62,649 bases of DNA, filler included, from Globobulimina sp. (GCA_003354225.1; 34 parts of 34 records of this genome joined end to end with filler, not necessarily neighbours in it), one strand, 5' to 3'; positions 1 through 12,926 are shown, counted from the whole stretch's first letter. Notes: generated from the letters alone by a model not told the origin. Made by a program: numbers and translations.

Positions 1-229
1 TTTTTACCACATAATAATTGGTAATATCGTAAGCCGGATGCTATCCGTAATAAATGATCGCAATTTTTGATGATTTCCTCGTCGTTCTCACTGCAATTAC
101 ATTCTGTTGTGATTGTTTTAAATATTGTAAAATCAATCTCCATGTTTTAAATAAGAAAGATGTTTTTTTGAGGATGTTGGTATTAAACTGTGTTTCAAGA
201 GATAAAACGTGAATGTTCATTCGAGGTCA

Positions 230-1747
230 ATGGCGTGTAAAGAGAGTAACCATGGTTCCACAGAAACATCCGGAACGAATGTGAACCACATATCCAATTT
301 ATCACCGTCAAGTTTTGCGATTATCACAAAAAATGAAAACGAATCGGAAAAAACAACAATTAAATTAAAGAGCAGCATTGAAAAAATCAAAGATCGCGTA
401 ATTAATAATTGGATGGAAAATGGATTTATTGAAAATATGAGAGGCCAAATTCGTTGCCAATTAATAGGTGAATTGAAGAATCCGTTTAAACATCAAAGAA
501 ATGGCGGAATACACTCAATGAATCACTTGAGTTTAACAAGAAAAATACTAAACAGCATAATCATTGAGTACTTAACCAAATATAAATATAATTATTCTTT
601 ATCCGTTTTCAAATCGGAAATTGGTGGCGAATTAATTGGGTCGTTGTCTTATAACGACACCTATGATCAGTTGCAATTGGCGCGTAATTCTAAAATTTGC
701 ATTCTTGAACAATTGATACATTATAATAAAAACAAAAATAATTCAATCAATTTAGATTACAAAACCAATGGAAAACCAGTTAAAAATTTATGTAAAAGCC
801 CAAAATTTTTACATCCGATATTGTCCATAAATAAATAGTTTGAAATATCTCAAGCAAAGAAGGAAAAAGTATGCGTAAAAGAAGCAAAATTAGTTATGTT
901 TTCTTTTTGTGTTTGAGATTTTTTTGAAATATAATTAAAACACCGAAAGAGTGAAAAGAATGAAGCTTCGAAAAAGATCGATATTGAATGCAACAACGAA
1001 AAATATGATGAAATATATAAAGAATTAATGAATGCGTTGAAGCGGGAAAATAAAGTAAAATGTTTATTGGATGAAGAAAATATGAAATTAAAATCAGCAA
1101 AGCGGGAAATAAAGTATTTGGAACAATTACTGGTCTGTCAAAATAATGAAAAGTATAATGATGACACTAATGATAATGACAAGAAATGCAATGATAAATT
1201 GGCTCCACACAAAGAAGTCGCAGACGAACAGAATAAAATAATTCCGAATGTTTCTAATGTCGCAACGCCAAAGAATGAGATCAATAATGTGTTGGTTGAC
1301 AAATATAAAAATTTAGAATTGGATTTGAAGAAAAGATTGCAAAGACAAGCAATGTTGGAAACTGATGCAAGGAAATTAACCTATCATACAAAGCAATTTT
1401 TCACTCAATTAAACCAACGGAAAACCCAAACAACACAAGTTATGAATGAAAATACATAGTATACAGCTGTCAATATACACAAATCATAATTTTTGTTTCC
1501 TGAACAGATCATAAATAAATTGCAAAATGCAACGCCTAATTTTGACGATAAATATATTATAAATTCGAATGTGAATGATTTTATAGAGATAAATGCAGAG
1601 AAAAAAGAAGAATTTGAAGTAGAAAAAAGAAAAAATCGACAGTCGTATATTTATTATAATTTAGATAAATTGAAAAAAGAAAGGAATGAAAGTCAGCAAC
1701 AAATCCGAAATAGAATTGGAATGCAACAAATTGGAGACTATAAAGAA
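230..1747 (+). CDS. LisH-motif coiled-coil centriolar protein, OFD1/FOP-like; multi-exon, 3' partial
   Basis: ENMRGQIRCQLIGELK followed by LisH-like ILNSIIIEYLTKYKYNYSLSVFKSE; downstream coiled-coil exons; probable intron 779-838 (GTT..AG). Confidence 0.65.
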
Positions 1748-1847
1748 NNNNNNNNNNNNNNNNNNNNNNNNNNNNNNNNNNNNNNNNNNNNTTAATTAAT
1801 TAANNNNNNNNNNNNNNNNNNNNNNNNNNNNNNNNNNNNNNNNNNNN
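1748..1847. other. Artificial contig linker N44-TTAATTAATTAA-N44 (first of 33; the others start at 3595, 5442, 7289, 9135, 10981, 12827, 14673, 16519, 18365, 20211, 22057, 23903, 25749, 27595, 29441, 31287, 33133, 34978, 36823, 38668, 40513, 42358, 44203, 46048, 47893, 49738, 51583, 53428, 55273, 57118, 58962, 60806)
   Basis: Identical 100-bp spacer with six-frame stops. Inter-linker lengths fall monotonically from 1747 to 1744 bp. Confidence 0.99.
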
Positions 1848-2185
1848 TTTCTTGTCATCAAAGAAATAATTTTTCCTTTCTTGTTCAGCTTTTCTTCTCC
1901 TATGAACTTCGCGTTTTTCTTTCTCTATAATATCAATATCTGCTTTCGATATAGGAATAAATGACATGATTGACGATTAATATGCGTACTATTATGACGT
2001 GCTATTATGAGAAATATATTGCACACTTTTTCCTTCTATATATTTTGCAGAAAGATTACGTTATTTTTAGCAGAAAGATTATGACGCACTCACTTTAGAT
2101 TTTAGCAGTATAGCATGAAAACCTTTCGACTCTAAAACATAAATATAAGCCAAACCGCTTCAATCACTCATCTTGAATGCGTATA

Positions 2186-3594
2186 TCAGCGGTGTTTCTT
2201 TTTAAGTTTCTCAAAAAACTCTGCCGGAATCTCGGGCTTTTCTGTACTGTATCCATGCTCCTTAAAATACTCCAACATATGTGGCGATTCATAATATTGT
2301 ATGAATGGATACGGTCTCTTCATACACGGCGTCCTCGCCTCAGCAAACCCCAACACTTCCACCTCAAACACATTCGACCGTTTCCACCAATTCTCCCTAA
2401 AACTATCACATAACGGTTGTCCTTGCCGTGTGATGCAATACCATGGTTTTTGACACCATGTAAAATGGTTACTAGTCACCATCGGAAACGTCCAATTCCT
2501 GCACTTCTCAATCTCAACCATGTTATTATATTTACAGCGCGGAAACTCCGTTTCATCGCCAACTGCTACTTTCAAATAATAATAGGGCACAATGCCTTGA
2601 ATAGTCCTCCCGCCATAGACCCAACCAACACCGCTGCCTTTCCATCCCGAACCAGATCTGAAATCCCCCTCAATCAGCAATGCAACCATGTCATCAAAAT
2701 GGGTCACATTGGGTCGAATAACTAAGTATCCGCCATTCATCAGTTCCTGCTGCATATGAGCAGTCGCGCCGTGCGTCCATCCCAACGTTGTATTCAACTC
2801 GAACAATTCATCGAAATTCCGATGAAAATGCACATCCGCATCGATACTTAGCACCACATCGAATTCAGTCCAGGTCCAAGCCCATAACTTAAGTGTTTCT
2901 AAAATGCCACAGCATCCATCAGTTTTCATCTCCTCGCCAATCTTTTTGTTCTTGACATCCTCGATCTGGAAGGGAGTGTCATAGGAACGGATCTCATAGC
3001 CCATTGCCTCCAAAATAGGTAAGCAATATTTGACCTCAGTATGTACCAAAGCAATCAACGCGATGTTGTGTTTAGAGTTTGCTTCCACAATGCTTTGGAT
3101 GAGCGCTCCTGCCGAGTCTAGAAAGCCGCCTTCGATGCCGGGATCGCGTGTGATTAAGATGTTGATGGCCACATTTTTCACGCCTTCCTTTATAAAATTA
3201 TAGAGTTAATGCACTGTGCAGTACTGATATTTTTTTAAAATGAATGTTATTAAAATTAACCTGCTTTTTTACTGCTGGAGCTCTTAATTCTTTTTGTAAG
3301 TTTGTTAGTACATCACCAGCTTTACCGACGAGATCAGAAATCTGTCCTTTTGCTTCAACGATTGATTTTAAATGAGCTAATTTGGTGAGTTGGTCTTTGA
3401 TTTGTTGCGGTAAATGATGTGTTATTTCGCCGCTTGGGTGTAATAAGGCTGCGGATGATTTATGCTTTAAATCGTGTTCGGCCTCGCCCATTAATGAGAA
3501 TACAACGACCCAACCCAGCAAATAAAATAAACAAAATATTATAATGTATGCTGCATAGGGAGAATTATTCAATCTGTGTTCAATTTGATGCCAT
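2186..3594 (-). CDS. Glycosyltransferase family 8 (glycogenin/GUX-like), type II membrane protein, 5' partial; intron 3188-3260
   Basis: LKLWAW..EFDVVLSIDAD (DxD motif), NGG, HFT..QKPW; N-terminal TM exon splices in frame (KKQ|EGVKN). Confidence 0.85.
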
Positions 3595-3694
3595 NNNNNN
3601 NNNNNNNNNNNNNNNNNNNNNNNNNNNNNNNNNNNNNNTTAATTAATTAANNNNNNNNNNNNNNNNNNNNNNNNNNNNNNNNNNNNNNNNNNNN

Positions 3695-5441
3695 TTTTAA
3701 ATTTTGCATTTAAACCATGAGATAATTTATAAGTTTCATCCAAAGCTCCACCTTCAAGGAAAGTTGTTGCTACATGTCGGAATTTCGCATTTTCCATAAT
3801 ATTTTTACTATCTGATTTCTTCCAAGCACCACGGGTTATTGCTGCGTGATTCTCTTCGTTAGTTTTTTCTGGTTTGTTGGTGTTAAATCTTGCAATATTA
3901 TTAATACTGTTTTTGAAAACACAACGTTAAAAATAGTTCAATGTTTACGAAAGAAAGAAGGTAGACATACATTGGTATTTGAACTAATGTTTCCGCAATG
4001 TTGTGATGTGTGAATGTTGTAAATCCTTTAGTTGCTTTGTTTGAATGAGCAGTTTTCTCTTCTTCATTATTTTGTATATATTTTCTTATTCCTAAACATT
4101 TTTTACGCCATAAAACAGTCAATGCAGGATAATCATATCTGGTATCTTCCATTCCTGATTGAAAATGTGTCATAACATCAATTTGAAAACATATTGTTCC
4201 TAAATTACTTTTGTTTTCTGGTTTAAAAGCATCAGAACAAAACAATGAACTACATCCTAAACCCATTTGTATTCCAATCTGGAAAAGAAAGTAAAGTTAC
4301 ACATATAAATTATTAAAAGGACAACATATGCACTTAACTAAAATGCCAGGCGATAAATCTAAACAGAAATTTTGAAAAATAACTTCTGAGCTAAAATGAT
4401 AATTCCACTTTATTTTATCTGAACATAATGAATTCATTTCAATGGTTTCTTGGATTAATGAAAACAAAATAATTCTATTGGATTTTTTTAATAATTTTAT
4501 ATCAAACATACTACCTAACACCTGCTCTGTTGCATTTTTGACATTGTGCCCAATGTCTTCCTGAATCGCATACATAAAATCACCCATTAATTTACAGTTT
4601 TTTATTTTCTGCATCAATGCTTCATTTATAGGTTGATATCCAGTTTTTTTTTTCTGCCATTCAGTAAAAGTACGGATTTTTGTTGCCAAACTCAAATAAT
4701 GATCAAAACCAGTTGGAAAATGCCAAAAATTAACTTTAGGATCAGTAGCCTCAACTCTTTGAACTGTACATTTTCCACCAACTAATTTTGAATTATAAAC
4801 CGGACACTTTCGCGATGTCATTTTGGGATGTTCTTTTGTATCACATAATATATATTCCAAATATGGATAAAATTCTTCCGGCTCACCATTTGGAACAGCT
4901 TTCTTGTAAGGTTTAATTTTCTCGTCAATTTGGCTGTTAATTGACAAATTTGTGAGTAACTACTACACACTTTATTCTGAATTTACGTGGTCCATCATTC
5001 TTAGCAGCATTCAAATTCAGTATAAATGTCACAAATGTACTTAACACAAATATCTCAAATAAATCATCTCTCATTATGTTGGCAGGTAAAGCACTTATTT
5101 GATGCCAGGATGACATCCATTTTGATGCCTTGTACACAACATCCATAAATTGTATAAGGATTGACACTGTGTATATTTTCTGCGTAATTAAAAACGTTTT
5201 GAGACAACCAAAATATGGCACTTAACAAATTGACTTATTGTAATGTGTCATCCCATCAATCCATAACGCATAGGACACGATATGTTTGGTAACACCAAAA
5301 TATTTTCGATCTATTCCCGCCGCTTCGTACCGCCAATTCATAATTATGTCATCTATATCAATCTCAATTAATTCTTTATGTGATAAGTTATCTCCACTTA
5401 TTCCAAAATAATAATAATATATATCTGTTTCATTAACCATA
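3695..5441 (-). mobile_element. Probable CMC/CACTA(Plavaka)-like DNA transposase, split by introns or degraded
   Basis: Ordered motifs LWIDG...S(IL)SILIQF, ILCD, QEDIGH and CSDAF..ENK resemble CMC transposases; GTTAAG..AG introns can join the ORF pieces. Confidence 0.45.
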
Positions 5442-5541
5442 NNNNNNNNNNNNNNNNNNNNNNNNNNNNNNNNNNNNNNNNNNNNTTAATTAATTAANNN
5501 NNNNNNNNNNNNNNNNNNNNNNNNNNNNNNNNNNNNNNNNN

Positions 5542-6375
5542 TTTGGTTTTGGTTTGCTTTGCTAGTATAGAGACAAGCGATTGCTTTGAATGAATATTTC
5601 TTATATTTTGTGATGTATTTAATATTTCATTTGCAATTTCTGTTTGTTCATTTTGATGATGAATATGTCTGTTCAACGTTTGAATGTTTTGTTTACTTGC
5701 AATTGGCTCAATATTTGCAGTGTTGTTTTGTTGTTGGTGCTGTTGCTTCGAAATATTCTTTTCATTTTCTTCAATTTGCAACGTTTTTCGATTTAATTCG
5801 TTTTGTTTTTTCTGGAATTCTCCGATTCGATCTTTAATCACAGTTAATTTCTGTTGAAGTCCCAAACTCTCCAAAAATTGGTCAATTTCTAATGAATCCA
5901 CAAAATCCAGCAACTCATCAACTTCTTTATCAATTGCAATGTAGTTTTGTTCTTTGGTCAATGCCCACTTCGGCTTTGATTCTATAGATTGTATGCTAAT
6001 AATATCGGAATTTGTAGTCTCGTCTTCAATTTCAACATTGTTATCTTTTGTAGTTGTTTTTAATGTTTTTAATGAAGATTCAGAACGTTGCCTGATGAGT
6101 TTTCTTTTTTTCGCTGCTCGTTTTTTTATGTTTTGCAATATTTGTTGATGTTGTAATGTTGCTTGAAATTGTTGTTCTTTTAAAAGAATTTGTTGTTGTT
6201 TGGTTTGTTTTAAACGCTTCAAATTAAGATTATGATAAATATGATACATATTTATATCTTTTTCTTTGTTTCTGTCTCTTTTACGAATGTGTTTTGCTTG
6301 AACAGGTGATATGTAATTTATATCTTGTCGACCTATCAATGTTGAATATATTCCAGCTACTTTAAATTCCTTCAT
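5542..6375 (-). CDS. Coiled-coil hypothetical protein, partial
   Basis: Long ORF with blocks KPKWALT..EVDELLDFVDSLEIDQFL and IHSKQSL; Q/K-rich. Confidence 0.65.
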
Positions 6376-6755
6376 TATAATAATTCGGTAAACAAAAATC
6401 TAAATATTTTGGCTGCCTTTAGGGCTCCATAATGTTTCATAATGCATCATACTGTGACTATGTTACAATTCGCGATTAAGCAACGGATCATCAATCCGAA
6501 GAAGCAACAGATCATCACTGAGTATTTACAAATGTGAAGCTTAGTTTGATTTCACTGAAAAATAACAAATTTTTTAATTCCCAAGATCTGCTAAATCTTT
6601 GCCAGATGGTATCTGCAATGTCTTGGCATAAAGAGATGTAAAAAAGGACTTTGGACTTTTTTTATCGAATTTGTTGTCAGATAGAAAAACCTCCGAACTT
6701 TTTTTATCAAGAATTCTATAATTTCATTTCCTACAAATTAAGTTGTTGCTCTTTA

Positions 6756-7288
6756 ATGGATTTACTCGATTTACTAGGTTTGATCTCAACATTGATTTCA
6801 ACGTTGATACTGGCACCAATATCATTGTTTACATTAATTCGTTTTTATGAATTACGTTATACCGAGATATTGAAACATCGGCAAAAAAAATTAGTTTATT
6901 ATATGAATACATTAAGTATTTTAGGCTTATTATTCGTGTGGGCAGCAATAAGTGAATATATTTGGCAAATTCATATTGGATTGATAATGACCCAAATAAT
7001 TTATATTATCGATTCAAGTTTTATATGGGCAGTATTTGCTTTATTTTGTATCAAAACATGGTTATTATTTTATGATAAACAGTATCATTCATCCAATGCA
7101 TCACAAACATGGAAGCAACAAATAAATTCACATTATTCATCGTGGTATGTAGTAAACAAACAGAAATGGGGTAATTTTGAGTACATTTTTTGGAAAATAG
7201 CAATAATCCCATTAATATTTTGTATTATTTTAGAATCAGTATTTGAATTTATGTTTTTATTAAAACTTAATATCCATTCAATCTTAAT
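6756..7288 (+). CDS. Multi-pass membrane protein (possible 7TM/7TM-RGS N-terminus), 3' partial
   Basis: At least four hydrophobic segments; ILKHR loop after TM1. Confidence 0.6.
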
Positions 7289-7388
7289 NNNNNNNNNNNN
7301 NNNNNNNNNNNNNNNNNNNNNNNNNNNNNNNNTTAATTAATTAANNNNNNNNNNNNNNNNNNNNNNNNNNNNNNNNNNNNNNNNNNNN

Positions 7389-7729
7389 CAAATCCAATTG
7401 GCTGGATAATATTAGGAGCAACATCACAGAACTCAGACACAGAAGTAACAAAACAATTATATACATGGGATTGTTGGAAACCAGTTATTCGCGACCAATC
7501 CAAATGTGCATCAAATGGCCGTTTATTGAAAGACGTGTTCTGTGACCAGCGAATTAAATCAGTCCGATATGTTGGGAATGGATGGACATTTAACAATCCT
7601 TCTGAATGTCATTTCGTTGTAGAAAATATATGGAATGAAACATTTGAAATCAAGCCAGTAAAACTACAGAATGGGGAAATAGCATTCCATGCTACACAAA
7701 AAATTAACAAATATTATTTTTGCAATTAA
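7389..7729 (+). CDS. Hypothetical protein C-terminus, 5' partial
   Basis: Open frame from the contig edge: NPIGWIILGA..YTWDCWKPVIRD..GRLLKDV..VENIWNE..IAFHA. Confidence 0.6.
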
Positions 7730-7797
7730 GCAATATATTCAATACGTTTATTTTGTTTAGTTAAATATCCATGGTTAATAGTTATGACATGGTTTAG

Positions 7798-8571
7798 TTA
7801 AATATCCATTTGCCTCTTACATAATTTCTCAAAATTAAGCACCATCAAATATGCGCTCCCTTTGCATTCGCATTGACAAGATACAGTGCCCCAACCTTGA
7901 CATTTCTTACACACAATATATCTTTTTCCATTGCATTGCGCACAATCTGTTGACTTTACTGCTACGTTTCCTTTCCCTTTGCATGCTAAACAAGTTTTCC
8001 TTTTCCTTCGAACCTTAATTGTTCCACAACCATGACATGTTTCACATTTTCTGTATTTTTCGCAAGCCGTACAATCAAACTCTGTAAGAAATATACCATC
8101 AATATATTTCGCATTGTGCTGCAGCACACAGTCACATTTTTCTGTTTGAATACCAATTTTATGACAATACTCACCATAGCATTTAATTTGTGTCATTATG
8201 GATAACATACAAAAAAAATCTGAAATTAATGCAACAATTTCTTGTGGAATAATCAATTGATGTTTACTCAATGAATATATTCGAATATATGATGTGATTA
8301 ACTTAGTTTCATTCAAATACTCTGTAACTGATTTATTTATTTGATATTTTTGTAACAAAAATGATTTAATTTTATGACCATCTTGAATGCGTAATCGTTT
8401 ATTACATTTTGAATGAATACATGTTGGTATGGCATTAAATGATGATAAAGATTTGTTGATTATATTTGCAGCACAGCTGACACAATATGGATGTCTACAA
8501 ATTGACCATAAAAAAGAGCGGTGTATTGGAAAAGTACATTTAGTACAACTAGTACTGACTCGAAATGACAT
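7798..8571 (-). CDS. RING-like zinc finger + SY/GY-IR motif + DnaJ-type CxxCxGxG zinc-finger protein
   Basis: CxxC...CRHPYCVSC...CIHSKC; LITSYIR..IIPQEI; CETCHGCG, CLACKGKG, CAQCNGK, CKKCQGWG. Confidence 0.75.
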   Translation of the reverse strand: MSFRVSTSCTKCTFPIHRSFLWSICRHPYCVSCAANIINKSLSSFNAIPTCIHSKCNKRLRIQDGHKIKSFLLQKYQINKSVTEYLNETKLITSYIRIYSLSKHQLIIPQEIVALISDFFCMLSIMTQIKCYGEYCHKIGIQTEKCDCVLQHNAKYIDGIFLTEFDCTACEKYRKCETCHGCGTIKVRRKRKTCLACKGKGNVAVKSTDCAQCNGKRYIVCKKCQGWGTVSCQCECKGSAYLMVLNFEKLCKRQMDI

Positions 8572-8613
8572 GACTTCACTAAAAAAACAAACAAATCAAC
8601 ACATTTAAAGCGA

Positions 8614-9134
8614 TCACATTCCCTCTTGCGGATGAATAATATTCCATAAATCACTGACTTTATCATCGCTTTTAATTTTCAAAATATATTTTAATACATT
8701 TATATCTGTAAAATCATTATTTAAATCTGTTAATGTAAATATTCCCATTTGTTTGAACTTTTGTTTATATTGTTTTAACTCATCATTATCATCCACATAC
8801 TTTTCAAATTCAATTTGATTTTTCTTTAATATCTGTATCTCTTTCAAAATATATTGAATATGTATTGCGTTTTTAATACCAATTGTATCTTTTAACATTG
8901 TTTCATCCACGAATTCAATAAATTTAATACTATCACAATCATTATCTATAAATAACTGTAAATACTGAGCCATTCCAAGTGCATTACATAACCAATTCTT
9001 AAATTTTAATTTACAAATCTTTTCGCCATCTACCACCTCATCATTATCATTAACATTTGCTTTTATTTCATCATTTATTTTATAATTTGTATCTTTATTT
9101 TTAAGCCTTCATATTTTGCGTTTCTGTTTGATTC
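8614..9134 (-). CDS. Tandem SAM-domain protein, 5' partial
   Basis: FKNWLCNALGMAQYLQLFIDND..MLKDTIGIKNAIH..IL and a second LKQYKQKFKQMGIFTL. Confidence 0.75.
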
Positions 9135-9318
9135 NNNNNNNNNNNNNNNNNNNNNNNNNNNNNNNNNNNNNNNNNNNNTTAATTAATTAANNNNNNNNNN
9201 NNNNNNNNNNNNNNNNNNNNNNNNNNNNNNNNNNATCCTTAATTGCAATAGACAAGTTTAAAGGAGCGTAGTGGTCGCATGTCTAGACATCCTTAATTGC
9301 AATATCATGGTACCTAGG

Positions 9319-9379
9319 TCTCAAATTATATTGCGCAATATAAGAACAACCCCTTATGTTGCGCAATATAAATTTGGGA
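9319..9379. repeat. Inverted repeat whose arms each contain the palindrome ATATTGCGCAATAT (one mismatch in the right arm)
   Basis: tctcaaattatattgcgcaatataag-aacaaccc-cttatgttgcgcaatataaatttggga; 16-bp direct repeat atccttaattgcaata at 9235 and 9289. Confidence 0.8.
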
Positions 9380-9639
9380 AAACGTTATCAAAAAATTCAA
9401 AAAGATAACTAGCTCACTAGTACTTTGAGAAAATACTCTGGTGTGAATTGTTGTAATCCTGAGAATGAATTTGGAACCTCACGATATTGCAGCAAAAGAA
9501 ATGTTTAGAAAAGCTAAGGAACACGAAAAAGTATGTAAACACAAACATGCACTTATTTGTGTACTTAATAACTCTGCCTATACTTTGTAAGGTTTTAACA
9601 AAACATAGATGCATGAAAAGAATAAACAAAATTATCTAT

Positions 9640-10676
9640 ACTATAAACAATGAGTTAGTAGGATTAGAATTGGATACATTTGCTGTTTCTACATCGGATC
9701 GCAATCAAATGATTAGTGATGTTTTAAAAACCATAACCCAATGGAATGGATGCAAAAATTATAAGAAATATGAGTGTTGGGAGGAGTGTCATATTAAAGT
9801 GGTTCGAGCTTGGTGGAATCGTGTAAAATGCTGGAAATTGGGTGATTATGTATTTGGGCCAATTACCAAATTATTCTTCAAAGTTTAATATGTAAATGAC
9901 ACAAATGTTTGTTATATGACTTGCAAAAATATATAGTTCATTATTAATAACAATGGGATCAATCAAACAAGAAAAGTCACCACATTTACTAATATATTGA
10001 TGGTGTTATTTCACACAAAAATCCAATATCCAAAGAGCATGGCTCGCCCAATAATACCGATTCAAATATTTGTCAAACAAAATGTATTCAGAGATTTTTG
10101 TGTCAAATTTGTATCTGATTTTGGTGTAAAATGGCAAGCTAACGGCATAAATAACAAATACGTACCAAATCCAAAACGATCGCAAGAGTTATTTGAATCT
10201 TATCTGAATTGCTTAAAATCAATTACCTTTAAGATAACATCCATGGCAGCAACAGATGCGGGCATTGCAACCGGTGTGTTTTCACTAACAAACAAGATAT
10301 ATTTTGTTATATTAAATATGTATACATTGCATGTACAGACGTATATATTCCAACTATTCATCCAAGCGATAATCCAAATATTCCACCATTTCCAAGTTTG
10401 AGTGCAATTCGATTCAATCATCAGACACCAGCACAATTACCACAATTTCAAAAAAGACAGAATGTAACGAATTTCTCTGTTTCAAACATAAAAAATCAGC
10501 AACATCAATATCAAAATAATAATTATTATAATCCATTCCCACAACAATGTGCATGTTGTTATAATTACGGACCAGAGTCACAAGATAATGGCTGTGGAGT
10601 TTATCCATATCAACAAATCTATCCTCAACAACCAAATAACAGTAACTCAAGCAATTGCAATTGCAATTATAGTTGA
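9640..10676 (+). CDS. Hypothetical multi-exon gene with Q/N-rich tail; structure uncertain
   Basis: Three same-strand ORF segments with protein-like stretches separated by AT-rich intron-like DNA. Confidence 0.3.
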
Positions 10677-11080
10677 GTCAGTTGGGTGTATTACTTTTGT
10701 ATGCCATATGTTACAAATTTGAATAAATTGACAAACATTTTGTTAGATAATCAAAATAATGGATGCTTTGAGTGCTTTTCACAATCTTCTTTTCATAATT
10801 TTCAATGTTTTCAATGGAATAATAATATTAATAAAAACCAGTGGTATGATAATAAATTAATAATATTATTACATTTTCAGTTTTTATAACAACAAAAAAA
10901 TCATAATAACTTTTGTTTTTTGTGAAATTACAAAATAACTTTTTGATTTTACAAAATAACTTTTTGCTGATATTACTCACNNNNNNNNNNNNNNNNNNNN
11001 NNNNNNNNNNNNNNNNNNNNNNNNTTAATTAATTAANNNNNNNNNNNNNNNNNNNNNNNNNNNNNNNNNNNNNNNNNNNN

Positions 11081-12060
11081 AAAATGGTTAACAAGAAAAA
11101 ATGAGATACATTATGATCTGCAGTCCTTTCTTGTACATATGTCTCCATCAACACTTTTTCTCTACGCAATGAAGATTGTGTAACATCTGGCAATATCAAT
11201 GTTGGATAAATTCCCAAACACCTGTATCTTATCGCTGTTCTGTGTCGAAAAAAAGTAAAATAATTATCCAGTGGGAAAACATTAATCCGTTTGCTGTTAA
11301 TATCAAATAAAGATATTAATTCACGAAACATCTCATAAGAAATGCTGATAGCAAATGTGCCCCACGAGTCTCCGTTTAATATGTAATATTTCATTTCATT
11401 ATATGTACTGTTCTTTGTTATACTAAAGAAACCTTTGATTTTTTCAGGGTCGGCTTGATTTATTCCGATATTGAAAACCACCCATTTCAGTTTCTTGTAT
11501 ATCATTGGCTCAACATTACAAAACATATTTATCCATATTGGATTTGCCAACAATATGTCATCTTCGAATATCAATATTTTACTGAGTTGCTTACGTTGGG
11601 AATATTTCAAAATATCAACTTGAGTTTGTCTGAGAAAGAATCCATTCTTATTTATTGCAGTGGCAAAGTTTCTGCTGACGTTGTTGTTATCGATGATTTG
11701 GTTAAATTGCTCCCATAATTGCAATGAATAGGGATTATTTGAAGAATGACCTTCCCAAATTGTATAATTTATATTTTCTTCGTTCAATTGATACAAAGTG
11801 AGTAATAACGTGTCATATCGAGATTTGATTGATATCACAAATATTTCATCATAGATATCATTCAAACAAGAACAATCTTGCATATTATTGTCGTTAGTTT
11901 CAATATGCTGCTGAGATAGTTTTGAATGCAATACTGCCGTTGGAAGAGATGCCTTGAAGTGAACACTGGTATCATATATAATGCTCAATATAAGCATACA
12001 AATCATACAGAATACTATAGTGAGACTGACAGGACATTTAAATTTCTTTGACCGCGCCAT
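11081..12060 (-). CDS. Glycosyltransferase family 25-like type II membrane protein, 3' partial
   Basis: N-terminal signal anchor; DEIFVISIKSR, ILIFEDD and WGTFAISIS motifs. Confidence 0.75.
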
Positions 12061-12160
12061 TAAAACCTTACCTTAGCATCAAAATGACGGTCTAGGAGAG
12101 TTTCGGTATACGAGAGTAAAAGCTGTACAAAAAAAAGTCAATACATGTATATATATAATA

Positions 12161-12826
12161 TTACTTTAATGTGTATGGTTTATAAATATATTGCTGATCT
12201 TCTATTGGCGGTGGCGCAGTATGTCCATTGCATGGTCCTCCACATGCATTGTATATAATTCCTTCATTCCAAAATTTATAATTAGCTGCCTGCGCATCAT
12301 CTTGGCGTCGTGTAAATTCATGCGTATCCTGTTGATGCGCTGGAGGTTTATTAATGAATGGTACTTGTGGTTCGTCATAATTCCAACCTTGAATTAAACA
12401 TTTATCTGCATCCCCACCCATTGTATCTATGGTCACATCATCTTTAATAAATTCAAATCCATACAATGACTCATTATATTCAGATACCTGCGATTCATAC
12501 ATATAACAACCAGCAGCACGCCCTAACTGTTGCGCGCCTAACCATGTCACCTGGCAATCGCCCAAAGAAAAATGAAACAAAATACTATGCATTGGCGTGT
12601 TGGGCAACAAATTACCATTGATATGGTTTATATATCCAGCTGGATCCAATGCATTCCATAACAATTGAAAAATACTTAAACCAAAAATGCGATCAATATC
12701 CTGATGATACCGACTCTTCAAATCATCAAAGAGCGCGGTGAAATCCACACTGCGCGGCAACAACAACTCGTATGGTCCTCCGGGAACACCCGCAGTGCCA
12801 TGGGAAACATCTGTGGTCAACGCCAT
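12161..12826 (-). CDS. Putative alpha/beta-hydrolase-like protein, C-terminal part, 5' partial
   Basis: GVPGGPYELLLPRSVDF, LW..LDPAGY, SLGDCQV and a late His (DTHE), consistent with the Asp and His of a catalytic triad; the nucleophile lies beyond the contig edge. Confidence 0.5.
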   Translation of the reverse strand: MALTTDVSHGTAGVPGGPYELLLPRSVDFTALFDDLKSRYHQDIDRIFGLSIFQLLWNALDPAGYINHINGNLLPNTPMHSILFHFSLGDCQVTWLGAQQLGRAAGCYMYESQVSEYNESLYGFEFIKDDVTIDTMGGDADKCLIQGWNYDEPQVPFINKPPAHQQDTHEFTRRQDDAQAANYKFWNEGIIYNACGGPCNGHTAPPPIEDQQYIYKPYTLK

Positions 12827-12926
12827 NNNNNNNNNNNNNNNNNNNNNNNNNNNNNNNNNNNNNNNNNNNNTTAATTAATTAANNNNNNNNNNNNNNNNNN
12901 NNNNNNNNNNNNNNNNNNNNNNNNNN

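Noticed and set aside
1493-1795. ORFs ending in X-runs or LIN, and TTG/GTG starts in the ORF track
   Set aside because: Artefacts of translating the linker and of bacterial start rules applied to eukaryotic DNA
2177-2725. Antisense ORFs over recognised genes (also 15089-15658, 26587-27003, 27947-28312, 58306-58615 and others)
   Set aside because: Shadows of the true coding strand
5219-5226. In-frame TAA between consecutive ORFs as stop-codon recoding in the host
   Set aside because: It falls inside a plausible GTTAAG intron, and host genes terminate normally at TAA/TAG (e.g. Mog1, PAQR)
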